Positions 26,609 through 40,744 of a stretch of DNA of 64,000 nt are shown here, one piece after another. This DNA is from Marsupella aquatica. Lineage: Eukaryota; Plantae; Marchantiophyta. The position numbers were made by a program, and so were the translations under genes. The notes under the pieces are model-generated. The model did not search any database and was not told where the DNA came from. It worked only from the letters and a program-made list of their open reading frames with translations. How positions within the stretch are numbered: the first letter of the stretch is position 1; every line of letters begins with the position of its first letter. Location of the stretch: assembly GCA_973895155.1 (NCBI GenBank), contig OZ316894.1, positions 2,000,457 to 2,064,456 on the forward strand, read 5' to 3'.

Positions 26609-29521
26609 ATGGGGGCCCCTAGCCTCCTCAAGCAATGCGAAGTGTTTACCAAACCAAAGCTCTCCATCAGCAGCATCAACGGTACTGTCTCGGGCACTGC
26701 AGTGTTACCGCAAGGCGTGCTCGCTGTCCCGCGGTCCCTAATTTTCACCTCCTCGACCTGTGGGAAGGTCTGTACTGGCAATCCACGAAGGGATCCCGTC
26801 AATTCACGGCTACAATCTGGATTCCTGTTGAGGCGCGATCAGTGCATTGCACAGGACCGATCTGCCAGCCATCAGAGGAGTGTTAGGTGCGAGGCTCACA
26901 CTGGGAGGAGGGTGGAAGCAGCAGATTATGGGTATGATCTGTACGAGCTCTTGGGTATTGGCAGAGATGCACAGCCAGAAGAGGTAAAGAGGGCTTACCG
27001 CTGGTTGCAGAAACGATGCCATCCCGATATTGCTGGTATCAAAGGCCATGATATGGCCATCCTGCTGAATGAAGCGTATGCCGTTTTGTCAGATGCCCAT
27101 CGACGAGCAAGCTATGATTCGGTGAGTGCGAGAGTCCAATGGTCACAATTCCCTTGAGATTCCGGATTTTCTGGGAGCTAAGGAGATGGATGGAGATGCT
27201 GAGCTTGAGCGCTTGACTCAAGAATCTCAATTGACAGAATGGGACTCTAGGAAGTCGTTACAACCATGCACAGTTGACCGTAGAACCTTGAGCACCAGCA
27301 AGCACATATTGAATCAAAGTAGAAGCTCAGAAAACATGAACGTGGGTAAGAGTAGAATTTAAAAGAACATATACTGTTCACTGCCTAGTAGCTCGTGCGT
27401 TCTAGTTACTTGATTGTCTCTTACCTTTCTGATGGACTTCGCATTGTAAATATTTTGCAGACAATTGCAGACAGGGATGAGTTTGCTGGATACACAGGAA
27501 CCCCTCTGTACTCGAAGTGGTATGGGAAGTCAGGTGAAGATCGAGCTGTCTTTGTGGAGGAGACACGTTGTATTGGGTGCTTGAAATGTGCACTGGTTGC
27601 ACCCAATACCTTTGCTATCGAAGCCAAGTATGGCCGAGCTCGAGCTGTAGGCCAATGGCTGGATGAAGAGGGCACAATCAAGGACGCCATCAGAGCTTGT
27701 CCTGTGGACTGCATCTCGTACGTTCTCCCTCCCCAAGTGTGTCCAGCTCTGCCTCCGGTTTAAGGTTACATCTAAGTTTACAGGTTACTCATTACTTGAT
27801 TTCTACAATTTTACCTGGTGCTCCAAAAGCCTTTTCAATAGTTCTATCTCCAACTTTTGTGTCATACGAGAAAGTGAGAAGTGTGGGCGAATCCATAGTC
27901 GGTCGTTCTTGTAGTCTAAATAATTTCGCGTATTTACCACTCCTTACTAGGAATGGTTTACTTGTGCTTGACAAACGAGGTTTTGTGCAACAAATCATTC
28001 ATAGTTCTGGAACATTTTCTGACGGAGTGCAATTCTCCCACCGTCTATCCTTACTTGTGTCCTCGACATGACTTTCTTCGTGTTTTCCAATTAGCTTGTC
28101 GATTGCAAGAGGTTTGACTTGAGGGCCTTTCTTTCCGGTGTTTTAGACTTGAAAGCTATTTCGTTTTTTATGACGTTTTCAAACTCTGTTGAACCTTCCT
28201 TTCAGACTGATGGTTTCGTCTGATGGCGTCTGTTGCGCAGTTGGGTGAAGAAAGATATGCTTCCAGCACTGGAGTTTATCATGTCAAAGCAACCGCGCTT
28301 GCAGATGGGAGCTAACAATTACAGCTATGTTGGGGTAAGGCGGGATAATGTCTTCCAGGGGGCCGACAGATTTCTGAAGAAGTACGCTAAGCTTGAGGAA
28401 GTGCAAACCTCAGGCTTTCAAGTATGTTTCTTTTACCACTGCAACCAATTTTTTGCCTTGCATTTGTTTGACGAAGGAATGGCGATGTAAGGAAATTGAT
28501 AATTGACGAAATAATACTCGATCTTAGATTTTTCTTTCTTCTTTGGAAAGGTTCGAGTTCTAAAGGTTTGAAAAGACTTAAAACACCTTTTTTGGTTAGG
28601 CAAATTGAAAGCAAATTCTCTTCGGTTGCAAATGCAAGAACAAATAGTGAATGGTCATACCCACGAACAGACTTACAGGATTAGTTGAATTTCTTCTCGG
28701 TGGATCTGGGGACAGCATATCAGGTTGGACATACTGAACCATGTGCGATAAAACCTTTGGCTATGCAGGAAACTCCAGCTCAGAAAGAGGCTCGGATAGC
28801 AGCTGTAGACACAATCAATATCAAAGCAGGCCGTTGGTGGTGGCATGACATGATGGGCATACCCAATCTTACCTTCAGCAATCTGCGGGATTCCGAAGCA
28901 ACAAAGGTGTCACAAGGTGCACTAGTCCCCATTTGGACAATAAATACAACAGGTAGGAAAAACCAATTCGTCGACAACAACGGTCCAGAGAAGAAGCTCG
29001 CTATTGATGATGATGCAGATCTAGGACCCCTTTTCGAAGCTGCAAAGCGACGCAGAACTACAGGATCCTCCAAGGCACTCGACACTTCTGAGGAGGAAGA
29101 GTACTGGACCCCCAATGAGCCCATCAGTTGCCCTCTTCCCCAGAACAACGTAAAGATGTCCAATCCCAGATCCGAATTTGCAAGTGATGGCTATGTCTTT
29201 GTTGGTGAATGGACTAGGCGAGCGCACAATTTTCGAGGGAATGTACATGAAGGTCTGAAATACATAATATCAGCTGTTCCTATTGTCACGTCAGTGGCTG
29301 CAGCAGTGCTGGTTGGGATGAATGGTGGATCTGACCTTGCTGCTCGGTCAGAGGCTAGTCTCATCAGTGGGCCCTTACCAACTAGTATAACCTCTGGAGT
29401 AGAACTGCAATTACTCCTCACAGCCGTTGTGTGGTATATAATTGGAGCCGTAGGTTGTGAAGTAGCTATCTTCTTGACCGCTTCATTTGTCACCTTGAGA
29501 GAGAAAACGAGCAAAGACTAA
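26609..29521 (+). CDS. DJC76: Chloroplast DnaJ chaperone with 4Fe-4S ferredoxin domain and C-terminal hydrophobic segments (DJC76/CDJ3-5 type), 567 aa
   Basis: Exons 26609-27121, 27461-27717, 28241-28421 and 28769-29521 join in frame (1704 nt). S/T/R-rich transit-like N-terminus, J domain (YDLYELLG...YRWLQKRCHPD), Fe-S motif CIGCLKC...CPVDC, and two hydrophobic stretches near the C-terminus. Confidence 0.92.
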
Positions 29522-29878
29522 TTCCTTCAGTGAATGGAATTTGTCAGTTCTGTGCAGTTAAGATTGTTTAATCGTTCTATCTAGCGGCTAGTATTGCAAA
29601 GGTAGAATTAGCGTACAAGCCATCTAGAAAACCTGTAGATAGATATTGACTGTACATAATTCTGATTCGAAGCGATGGATGAGGAGTAGCGTAACTATGA
29701 CTTTAGTTTCCTTTCATCTGGTTGAGTGTGAACATCAATCTGGAATGCTGAAGGCTCGCTTTTTAGTGGGACCCCCCCGTGCTTTGTTTTTGGCATGTAT
29801 GGGAGTGTGACAGGTGCGCATAGTTATCTTTGTTTCCATGCTTAAGGGATGCTGCGTTGAATTTGCTTACTGTGTTGA

Positions 29879-32800
29879 CTAAAGCTTCAAATCTTTGTCG
29901 GCCATCGGAGACTGCTGATTCTGTCGCACCTCTTTCAAACTGTCGATCATCGATAGCTTACGGTTCTCCATGTGGGGATCATAGTCCGCTAAGTCTATCG
30001 CCATTTCCATCCATGGTTCTGCTACGGAGAAGCGCAGAAATTTTACTTGAAGTCCTGCTCTATTCCATGAAGTTGCTACCAGCCACTGCAATTCGTCGTG
30101 GGGATATTCACCCGGATCCAAACTCGCAAGTATTTCTTTCGCCTGTTTGTAGACGGCCATTACCTCGGGTCCGTCTTTACAGCGCTGGTCTGCTAATGTG
30201 ATTAGGTTTCTTACAATCCACGCTACCAACTTGTAGTCAGGGGAAGGTGAATTTAACATGCTCTTAAGCGCTAGACGATAAGCTGTGCTGATAACGTCGG
30301 TGCTTTCGCCCCCTAGGCCAAGAGTTTTACTGGCCTCCCGTGCCATGTGGAGAAAGTATTTTGTCTCGAAACCAGGCAGACTAGCACAGTGCTGGAGTAT
30401 ATCGATCTGGGATTTGAAATCTTTGGTACGATTCTTGATTTCGAATCCAAGAAGGCTGAGATAGATTTCGGAACTATTCTTGGTCACATCTGCGGGATCC
30501 GTACTCATGGCGAGAGCTCTCTGTACCTGGATGTTGTCAGGAATTAAGCCTAAAGGAATCAGGATTCAGGAATGAAAACATCAATAATACGTCAAGGATT
30601 AAACAAAAATGAATGCGACCTCGGGAAGTAGACCAAACCCGAAGACGACTTTAAGGAATAAACTCGTCATCACGACAAAATCCAATACGATGAAATAATA
30701 AATTCCGTGGAACTTGATTCGTAACAGAATCTGACGAAGTTCATTGTTCATTTACCTTTCTGCATTTCTCAAGTATTCTCGAAGCTGATCTCAAGCAATC
30801 CTCTCCAGTGCTGGAGGCCAGGAGGGAAGACGTCGCCAAGAGCAGAGATTGTTGGAGGGAACGGAGATTCTCTTCCGTGTCGGGCAGAGAAGCATAGAAG
30901 TCTGCCGCACACGAAAAGTAATCTCCAGCAAGTTGCCATCCAAGAGTATTCTTTACAGCGGCTAGGCCGTGGTTCCAAGATGTGATGGCAAACCAGTTCG
31001 CTTCTTGTTCGCCGGCATTCCCGAGACCGAAGAAAGCGTCCAACCCGCAGTCTAAGAGCCGCGCCTGAGCTTCTTTCAAATACTTTACCGCTACGGTTCG
31101 GTGTAATGGTTCATCTTGCAAGGCTAGGGAAACGATGTTTCTGATCACGACAACGTCCCTCGCGCCCGCGTTACGTTGTTCTTGAGGTAAGTTTAGGTAC
31201 ATCGAAAGTGCAGTGATAGCAATTTTTGTGCTGTTGCAAGTCAGTGCTTCATGAGAAGCGAGAGATAGATACTCGGATTCGAAGTCGGAGCAGCGGGCCA
31301 TTTTCGCCACCTGCTCAGCTGCAGCTGCTTCGTTTTTCGTTTGCAGGTGAATCTTGAACTGGTGCAGGCAGTGACGTCCAAGCAAGAGATTCGCCACTAT
31401 CGTCAGGTCATAGAGGTAACAAGATTAAAGCAATATGAAACAAGGGAAATTACTATAGCATAGAACCAAATGAAAAAGCATACAGAGTGTTTGGATAATA
31501 CACTCCGTCGAAAGAAGATCTCGATAACTTGAAACTCTGTCGAAGTTAAGTCAAAATTAAAGCTAGAGAAACGAAAAGTCTGGTACGAAAAGGACTGGAT
31601 ATTCTACAACGGGAGCTGAGTGACACAAGCACTTTCGATAAACAGTGAATTAACTTTTCCTTGATGTGATTGGATTGACCTCTACCTTCAAGAACGCGCA
31701 TGCAATATTGCGATCGACCTGCGGAGAGAGCGAGCCACTGAGTGATTAGCGCAGGAGCCCGGTGGCAGTTTGGACATGACTATTACCGCATCTGTGGTAA
31801 GACTGATCCGCAAAATTTTCATGCACTGAGACGTTAGATGAGTTCTCATATTCATTCAACTTCTAGAGCTTTATAAATGTTTGTATTAGAGAAGCTGAGC
31901 TAGTATCGGTCACCGAGCGCTGCATATCAACTATCATTGACTTTACAATGAGCGCTAGGAACTTCGGAAATGAAGCATATATAAACGAGATACCTTCTCT
32001 GCTTCTGTCACGTACTCAAGGGCTCTGTCATACTGCATGAGTGCGAGGCGACAGAGGCACAACACACGAAAGGCCTTAGCACGTGGCAGATTGCTTTCCG
32101 ATCCACGGGGCAGATAGAGCATAGATGTTTCAACGAGCTTGATGCAAGTCTCGTACTCTTTTGCAGCAAAGAGTTCTGCTCCACTGCACGCACCACGATA
32201 GATGTGAAGAACTTAGACTGGCGAGACTAAGTAAGTACGCATCTTCGTAATGCACGTAGCGGCTACTGAGAGATACTGCTTTGCTCGACCGGCGATTGTC
32301 TAGATGATAACGACAGCTTATATCAGCTTGAGGTCTGAAGATTTCAATGCAGAGGTCAGTCCAAGGATCGAAAACCGTCGACCGTCCTTTCCAGTCTTTT
32401 ACATAATCGGCAAACGGTTGTTATTTTTGTAGGGACGGGTTTAGAGGTGTTTTGTTTTTCCAAGAAGTTCAAGCAGACGAAAACACTGTCGATCCCGGTG
32501 TCGATATGGGCTGCACTAACTGTCCTGTTTGACAGTTTCTTATGAACGGACGATTGTGTATACGGCCGCGAGGACGGCTTAAGAGCGTCTCAGAGATCCT
32601 CCAGAACTGTATTTAAAACTAGTGATCAATGAACTAAAGCTGCTAGAAAGTACAGGAGATAATCTCCAGGTAGGACTAATGAAGAGATCAGTAGTTTGTC
32701 ATCAACTAGTTACTAGTTCAAAGTTGAAGAGAAGAAATGCATAGTAACGCTGCTTCATTCAGCCCTTACCTGTTCCAGAGAAGAGCATGAATACATATCT

Positions 32801-34175
32801 GCTCATTGCTACCAGACTTAGCGTTCTCCGGCATGCCACGTCCATCATGATCGACGCCAGTGACGGTTGTCACAACGCCCTCGTTGCTAGCAATTTCTAC
32901 GACGACGTCTAGTGATTGAACCTTGCTCACTGCATCCACATCAGGTAGCCGCCGCCTCAGCAAGCACTCTAGTATCCTGACAGGGAGGCTCTTACGCGAG
33001 GGATACCGCGAGTGAAGTACAAGAAAGGCGCACTTGGCAGCCTCCAAACGATTGGGATCCTGAGTCACAGTCTCGATGCCGGACATGCAGACCTCGGAAT
33101 TGGCAGCGTTGTCGTGAACGAGGGTCATGAGCTCTTTCTCAGCTTCTTCGTACCGGCCTAATCCGGCCAGAGCTTTCAATGCATAGTATGAGGCACATGG
33201 ATGGTGGTTAGGAGCTGATTTGAGAACCGTCAGGCACTTGAGGACCCTCTCATAATTCTCATTTAGGAGATGAGCAGCGGCCAGGTAGCGCAGGATCTCT
33301 ACCTTCACGTTGTCCGGTATCAGACTGGCGTTGGAGCCCGCCGGGTCAATTACCTCAGAAGTACTACAAGAATTGAGAGCAGCGGGAGTAGAAGAAATAA
33401 TCTCGAACGCTTGCTCTAAGTACTTAATTGCATCCGTTTTAGAGTCGGTGTCTTCTTTCTCCAACAAGCTCCGTCCAAACTGAAAATAGTGCTGAGCTAG
33501 TTGCGCATTTCGTTCAGGGAGGATTGAAACCAAGCCTCGCGCCTTGGCAGAAAGGCAGGAAGCGAGGTCTCCCTGAGATAATTCCCACGCAGTTTCCGAT
33601 CTAGCGATGTACAAGTCAAACAGCAATTCTTGTTCTGCTTTGCTTCTAAGCGTACCATTTCGCTCGTGCACTCCGTTCGCTTTTGACATCAGCCCTGTAA
33701 CCTTCTCGAAGCAGACAGAAGCTTGTTCGAATCTCTTCAGCGCGGCCCAGATGACGCCTGTTCTTAAGAAGAACTGAGAGATTTGGAGATAGCCGGAGTC
33801 AATTTCGTGCAGGTCTCCAGCCAGTAACAATAAATCGCACGCGATTTGGCGGAGTCGGGCATGATCCTCATCCAGTTTCTCGCCTGGCTGCAAGCAGTTC
33901 GCAGTAGTGACGCAACAATTCCAGATGGCGTAGCTCTTCATCCCAGCCTCCAAACTCTCGACCGGAGTGAGGTTCGACGGCAGATTCGCTACGCATTCGC
34001 GCAATTGAAGTATCACTTGGGGAGTGATCATTGGAGTCATAGCCGAGGTCATATCCACCAAGTCCTCCACCAGAATCTCCAACTTCGCCAGACGTCGCGA
34101 GGCGGAAGCACAGCTCAGCTGCTCAGTTACTTCCATGGCGATTCCTCCGTCTGGCATGTTCGAGATTCGAGGCAT
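29879..34175 (-). CDS. ZIP4: Meiotic TPR protein ZIP4/SPO22/TEX11, about 959 aa
   Basis: Exons (-) 34175-32770, 32183-31994, 31718-31686 (33 bp), 31358-30756 and 30526-29879 join in frame (2880 nt). Motifs IWNCCV, HARLRQIACDLL, IHALLWN, AKAFRVLCLC, NIACAFLKFKI and YPHDELQWLVATSWNRA. Confidence 0.93.
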
Positions 34176-34519
34176 GTTTCACCGACTAATTCAGAATGAG
34201 AGAACGCATTGAACGGACTCTCTCCGAAGGACAAATCCAAAACAAGATCCCCTTGCCTCCGGAGTATTTACTACACGTCGAACAGAATGTGCGTTGAGTG
34301 TCAGTACGCAACAAACAATTCGACCAGAGATCGACGAATTGGAATCAGAAAAGAAGCGCCGCTGCTCTGAGCGAGGACGAGGACACGAGAATGGACAATC
34401 AGCTCGACGATTGTATCTGAGCTCCTTGCCAACTGCAATTCTCTCTCGTACAATCGCCTCCTCGTTTGTGTACTCTCTGGCTTCCGATATTTTTCAGCAT
34501 TAGAATCCAATTTCAAATG

Positions 34520-34571
34520 TACTTTACTACACTGAAATTTACTTTACTACACTGAAATTTACTTTACTACA
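34520..34571. repeat. 20-bp tandem repeat, about 2.6 copies
   Basis: tactttactacactgaaatt repeated head to tail. Confidence 0.85.
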
Positions 34572-34664
34572 GTAGTTGTATGATACCTGAGGTCTGGGCA
34601 TTCCTGCACCTGGTTTATAAACGAGAACCCCTGCCCAAATATCTGTTGCAGTGTGTGATTTTTG

Positions 34665-34845
34665 TATCTATAGGGTAATGACTCTTTGGTCTGGGGTCAG
34701 GGTTACTAGTAATGTATAGGGTAATGATTCTTTGGTCTGGCGTCAGGGGTTATGGTCTGGGGTCAGGGTTACTAGTAATGTATAGGGTAATGACTCTTTG
34801 GTATGGTGTCAGGGGTTATGGTCTGGGGTCAAGGTTACTAGATTG
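34665..34845. repeat. Composite tandem repeat (tatagggtaatgactctttggtctggggtcagggttactag units), probable TE subterminal region
   Basis: Three copies of tatagggtaatga(c/t)tctttgg and repeated ggtctggggtcagggttactag. ggttactag and actagattatgagaata motifs recur to about 35770. Confidence 0.75.
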
Positions 34846-36881
34846 TAACCCTGTGACCTAGTGTAACATGTGACCAGAAAGTGAGATTGAATGTTCACTT
34901 GTGGCAACTGCTAAATTGTTGGAGCTTTGTGGGAACAAGTTTCAGACTAGAATCTCATTTTCATATTTAATACCTGTTAGAAAAAAGATTACCAGGTCAA
35001 ACTTTCTGGGCACAGGGTTATGGAAATGGTTAGTATCACCTAGTAGAAAAGGATACACATTGGTAACCTTTCTTCCTGACACTAATTAGGTGAAAATATT
35101 ATACTCCTATCAATTTCAGGGCCAATTTCAGCGCACTAGATTATGTATAGTTTGGACAGAGGTTACTAGCTGTAAGAGTCTGACCAGAAAAGAAAGTGAC
35201 TAAAACCTGACCGGCCATTGAGCAACCCTCAGCTGAGGCAGTCCTTATGGTATGTCAACACAGTCCGGACTGGACAAAAAGTTAACAAGCAAGACTTTTC
35301 AGGCATGAGATTATGGATATAGTAGGGGCCTCTAGAAATCATGACTCACAGGTGACCTTTGGTCCCTACTCAATTTAGGATAATATAGTAGCATGTGACT
35401 TGAAGGCACTAGATTATGAGAATAATAGCGTGGAATAGATAGTTAGAATAGTAGCATGTAATTGGAAGGCACTAGATTATGAGAATAGTAGCATGTCATA
35501 AAAATGGTTACCCCCCTATACAAAAGTTAAGGTTCCCACTTATGGTTAAGTACAGGATAACCAATGTATGGGCAAGGTTACTAGGGTGTAAACCTTTAGT
35601 CCAGAATGTGAGAATAAGCTGACAGTGTCAACTGGGAAGTTTTTTGAATATCCATGTAACAGGGAGACTGACTAGAACCCTACCCAAACCTTGTTTATAG
35701 TATGTAAATTTTGTTTGGAAAAAAGCTATCCTGTTGTATATTCCTGGGCATCAAATTATGAGAATAGGAGCCCTGATTCGGTTTTCTTTTCTTCATTGCT
35801 TGTGCAGGCATGAGAGAGCTATATGGTGAATCCATCTTCCAGTATTTTGTCTTATTCAAACTTCTTTTCTTGTGTATTTTAGTTCAATGTGTCTTACCAA
35901 GGTGCATCCCTTGTATACTTTAGAATTTGAATTTAATCTGGCACCCCTCTAAATTTTTCAATCTTTGCCATACTTTTTGATCCCTTGTATACTGCCATAC
36001 TTTTTTATCATCCACCCTCTAAAAAAGCTCACAGAAGTTCTAGCCCTTAGTGAAGAAGAAATGATCTAATTAAAGTGCACTCCTCATGTCTTTAAGTTCT
36101 ACTCATGGTTTTGTGTCCTAAATTTATGGTTTTAATTCATTTGAATGTCATTACCTAAGATAAGTACATAATTATCTTTACTGGTGTATTGTATGTGCAG
36201 AACCCAATACCATAGACTTAAATTTTTCCTGTTCATTATTACTTTTCTTTAAATGTGCACTTTTATTCTTGTACCTTATGTGCACAAATTTTCAATGTCA
36301 GGCTTCCTAATCAATGTCCTATGTATATTTGCCACAAAAAAATAAGATCACCTGTATTTCACTAAAAAACTTAAACTTTTTGCTAGAGGACAAAATAACT
36401 TTTCATGGATGAGTATGCTATATGCAAGCATGAGAGAGCCGAACCTGAACCTGATAATAAGGGCATAGACTATAAAGGAATCTTTCCCAGGCCAACAGGA
36501 GGATACCCAATCAAATTTATTGAGTCCTGGAAGTACTACTAAGGATTTCCTTAGGTCAGATTTGGACTTCTCTCAAATGCAACCTGATACTTTCAGTTAT
36601 CAAAGCCTAGACTTGGGTATCTTTGAATCGCCAGTAAATTATACAGCACAAAAACTTTTTCCTTGCAATGTCATTGCAATAGGTACATGAATGCCCATAA
36701 TATGAAAGACAGCAAGAAATATAGCTTGCTATTGTAGCCACTAAATTTGATCTGACAGCTAGGTCAGGAAACTGAAGATCTTCTTCATCATGTTCAAGGC
36801 ATCCTGTCCCATCATGACGAGACATAAATATACATATAGGTAAAATATCTTAAAATGACAAGTTATTTCAAAATGCATGCT

Positions 36882-37182
36882 GGGATGTATGCAAGCCAAG
36901 ATAAGTATCTTGATAAAATATAATGTTGATGGTTTACAGCTTCCGGCTATTTCTGTTTCTGGCTTTTGATGGGTTTAAATCTAAGCTCGTATGTTTATTT
37001 TTCTTGATTGATTTATGTTTTCTCAGTTGAAGGGATGTCTGCAAGCCAATATACTTATATGGATAAAATATAATGTTGACGGTTTACAGCTTCCGGCTAT
37101 TTCTGTTTCTGGGTTTTGATGGGTTTAAATCTAAGCTCGTATGTTTGTTTTTCTTGATTGATTTATGTTTTCTCAGTTGAAG
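36882..37182. repeat. 150-bp tandem duplication upstream of NAA50
   Basis: Copies start at 36882 and 37032 and are near-identical over most of their length. A diverged homolog lies at about 39944-40034. Confidence 0.9.
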
Positions 37183-37480
37183 AGCTGATTAGCGATGGAT
37201 GCTCAAGGCCTAGACAATAGTGTTGGAGGTCTCCAGCCTCTTGTTTGCGTTCCAAGGGAAAAACCCGGCTTGTAATTCTACGCAAACAAGAGGCCTTGAG
37301 AGTGCAATGTCACAACAAGCACGCAACCAGGGCAGGGCATGAATGTGTGAGCATTTCAACCAGGCGAACAACGAGACTCTTCGAAGGAAGCGCAGGGAGG
37401 GAGGGAGGGAGGGCGGAAGGCACAGATTCGAGTGGAGTGGAGTGATTGTGTAGGGTGACAACATTATTGCATTCGGAGAG

Positions 37481-38547
37481 ATGGGGAGGCCCGAGAGCGT
37501 GCCGGTCTCGTTCGACACAGTGCATGACAAGAATATCATGCAGCTGAGGAAATTGAATTTGGCTATCTTCCCGGTGCAGTACCAGGACAAGTTCTACACT
37601 GACGCCCTCTCTTCTGGAGACTTCACGAAGCTCGGTATGTCTGTCTTGTGTCTTCTGCAATCCTTCCTGCCAAAGCCCTCACGTACTAGCTGAATTAGCT
37701 CCCGCCCGGCCGCGCTCTTCCTCCTGTTCCACTCGGTTGAACGCATAGGAAATCTTGCAGAACACCGTAGATGCCCTAATGAACAACAATAAACGAGCAC
37801 CTTGCGTAGACTGTTTCAAGGCCCTACAAATGTGGCGGGACAGTTTGTCAACTGGAAGATGTGAATTGGGGCATTGTGGCGTGTTGGATGACGGTGGTGG
37901 TGTCTGACTGAGAACAGCATACTATGGAGATCTTTGCGTCGGGTCTTTGGCATGCCGTCTCGAGAAGAAGGAGGGCAGTACTGGCGTGCGGCTCTACATC
38001 ATGACTCTTGGTGTCCTTGCCCCGTATCGCAGAATTGGAATCGGTGAGGTTTCGCTCGCTCCATTGAGGTTTAGTTGTTTTTTGTTTGTTTTTTGGTTCG
38101 TTTGTGATTATATGATGAATTTGATGAAGGATTCCACATCTTGCCTGGATTTTATATTTTCGGAATGAAGTGTCCACCAGAACAGTTTACCTATTATCCT
38201 ACCTTGGTCTGGCGGAGGGAAGGTCTCCTAGATTTCTCGCTCTGTTCGCTGCAATACCTCAAAAAACGGTACGGTAGATGGCGATGGTAGATGATTGCCT
38301 GTTCCTTGATTATGCAGGGTCAAAGCTTTTGAAGAAGACGCTCGAACAGTGTAAAGAGGATCCAAATATCGTGGAGGTATATTTGCATGTTCAGACGAAC
38401 AATGATGCAGCTATTGAGTTTTATAAAAAGTATGACTTTGAAATCACTGACACAATCCAAAACTACTACAAGCATATAGAGCCCCCTGATTGCTATGTTC
38501 TCTCGAAGAATCTCGTTCCAGTGGGCAAAGCTAAAGCTGCCCAGTGA
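37481..38547 (+). CDS. NAA50: N-alpha-acetyltransferase 50 (NatE catalytic subunit, GNAT), 169 aa
   Basis: Exons 37481-37634, 37918-38043 and 38318-38547 join in frame (510 nt). Motifs QLRKLNLAIFPVQY, LYIMTLGVLAPYRRIGIGSKLL, YLHVQTNN and NYYKHIEPPDC. Confidence 0.95.
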
Positions 38548-40744
38548 GAGATTCTTCAGCAATTTTGGCCTCATCTCTTAGCTACGAGTTCAGTTCTATT
38601 TAGTGAATACTTGAGATAACCATCAGGACGGTGAGTAATAGAAACTGGTGCTGGATATTGTGAAGTAGACCTTTATCAACTTCATCTGTTCTTAATACTT
38701 TTGTAGAGAGTCCTATGATTTTGAACTTATTAGCTTAAGATCCATCATTCAAAGGTTTGCATATGGAGTATTCAATATTCTCTTCAGTTTGTGTCGATCG
38801 ATATTTGGTTTGCATTATATTCGACGACTCTGTGCTTAAAGTGGAAGCTCCGTTGAGTCGGTTCTTAGGTTTTCTAACTATCGAATTCTCTTCGAATGAT
38901 TTATTCCTGTAATCGACTTTTTGTCGATCCGGACTTCATGGTTGACGAAGAAGGCACCAGGGAAAATGAAGAGGAATCCTTCCAGCGAGCGCGCAGTGAA
39001 GGTGCATCAGTAATGCACATATTCTGGGCTCGATCATTCCTAAAGTCTTATACACATCCTCCATCAATTATTGGCTAAGCAAAGTGACGTCAAGTAGTGC
39101 ACATCTTGCATCAGTTCTTGACCACGCGAAGTGACGTCAAGTTGTCCTAGCTCAAATCTGCATTTGAATGTGGGGGTTGAGTACTCGTGGAAGGGTAGTC
39201 GGACAGGTAGAACTTACCGAGGCCTTACTACGGAAGATCTTTCTTTGCTTTTTGTTTTCTCTTTACGTCTGTCCCGAGGATATTGCTTTATTATAGGTTT
39301 CCTCTTCACATTCGTCTTTAGGGTATTCTGTACTTTCACTCACAGAATTGAAAAGGAGAAAGAAACGGACCCCTATCTAGATCGACCAAGTACTGAATTT
39401 GTATCACAAGAGAAATCGTCATGAGTAGTTCACAATCCTGTGTACATTGTGCTGATGATGCTCGATAGCATTCACAGAAATCCCACCAGTTGGTCCAATT
39501 CCCAGAAGTTTTATCCCTCTCAACGCGATGTAAGCTTATAACAAGATGACAGCTTACATCATGTCGTGATCTTACCGTAGGTTTGCCGTAGGATAATCTT
39601 ATCGGAGGCTTGCCATAGGTATTTCAGCACGAAGAAAGATATACTATAACAAGACTACAGCTTACATGTTTGCCAAGATCTGTGCCTGAAAGTAGCATGG
39701 GGCAATGCAGAGAGCCCCCAAGAGACTACCAAACCTGACTCTGGGCATGAGCTTTTCATCTATAGGTTATCCTGTGCTTTTCATATTTAAGTTATCCTGT
39801 TACATAGTGCGTACGAGATATGGATATTACATGTAGGTAATATGATATGAACTTTAGTGACGAGATATGAATGTTGTGAGTACCTAGTACCAACTTCTTT
39901 AGCGACTAGTAGCAGACTATCCAGTTTCTCATTCCGATTATAAGCAAGCCAATACATGTACAATAAGCTATAATTGCGGATGGCCTAAGTGGAGCTTTCG
40001 GCTATTTTCTGTTTTTGGACGTTTCCAGTTGAAGTCTTAGATTGTTTGTTTTTTGTTTTCCCTTCACATCCGTTTAGGGGATATTTTGTACTTTGGCAGA
40101 AAAAAGGAAAGAAATACTCGAATTCGAGATGATGGCATATGCTTTCACTTGCAACTCTCTGGCCAAATTCCGACGCTCTTTCTTGGAGGGCCGACGTGTT
40201 GCGACATAGTAACGCGGAGCTCCAAACATAATTCCGAAGGCTTGATAGGTGTGTAGCTGTCTCTTGCAGACTTTGCTTGATCTAACTTGCAACAAAAACT
40301 AACTGTAACTCTCTTATGTACCTATGATGATCTCCGGTTACCACTCTGTAGTCCGATCAAGCCTGCCATAGAGAAAAAATAGACGCTGCAAGGCAACTCA
40401 AGTGGAAGTAGTTCTTGCAGTATTCTCTTAAAAGTGCACAGTAAACAGAACTAATAAAAACAATAGACCCCGGAGTGAAGAAAAGGTTGGCGTCCACATC
40501 CACATCACAACGAGAGGAATGAAATTTTGATTGTGCACTAGACGTTCCCTTACGCTAACGCATAATCTCCAAACACTCATTTGTGTTGACAGCCATAACA
40601 TTTATGTTTCACCGTCCCAGAGGGAATGTCCAGAGGTTTCGCAGTAACTCGAAAGGACGCTGTTCTAGCACAGAATTTACAGACTACCTGAACCCTGTAT
40701 ATCAGCTAGGGGAAATTAGAGGCCAGAACATCAATAATAGGCTC

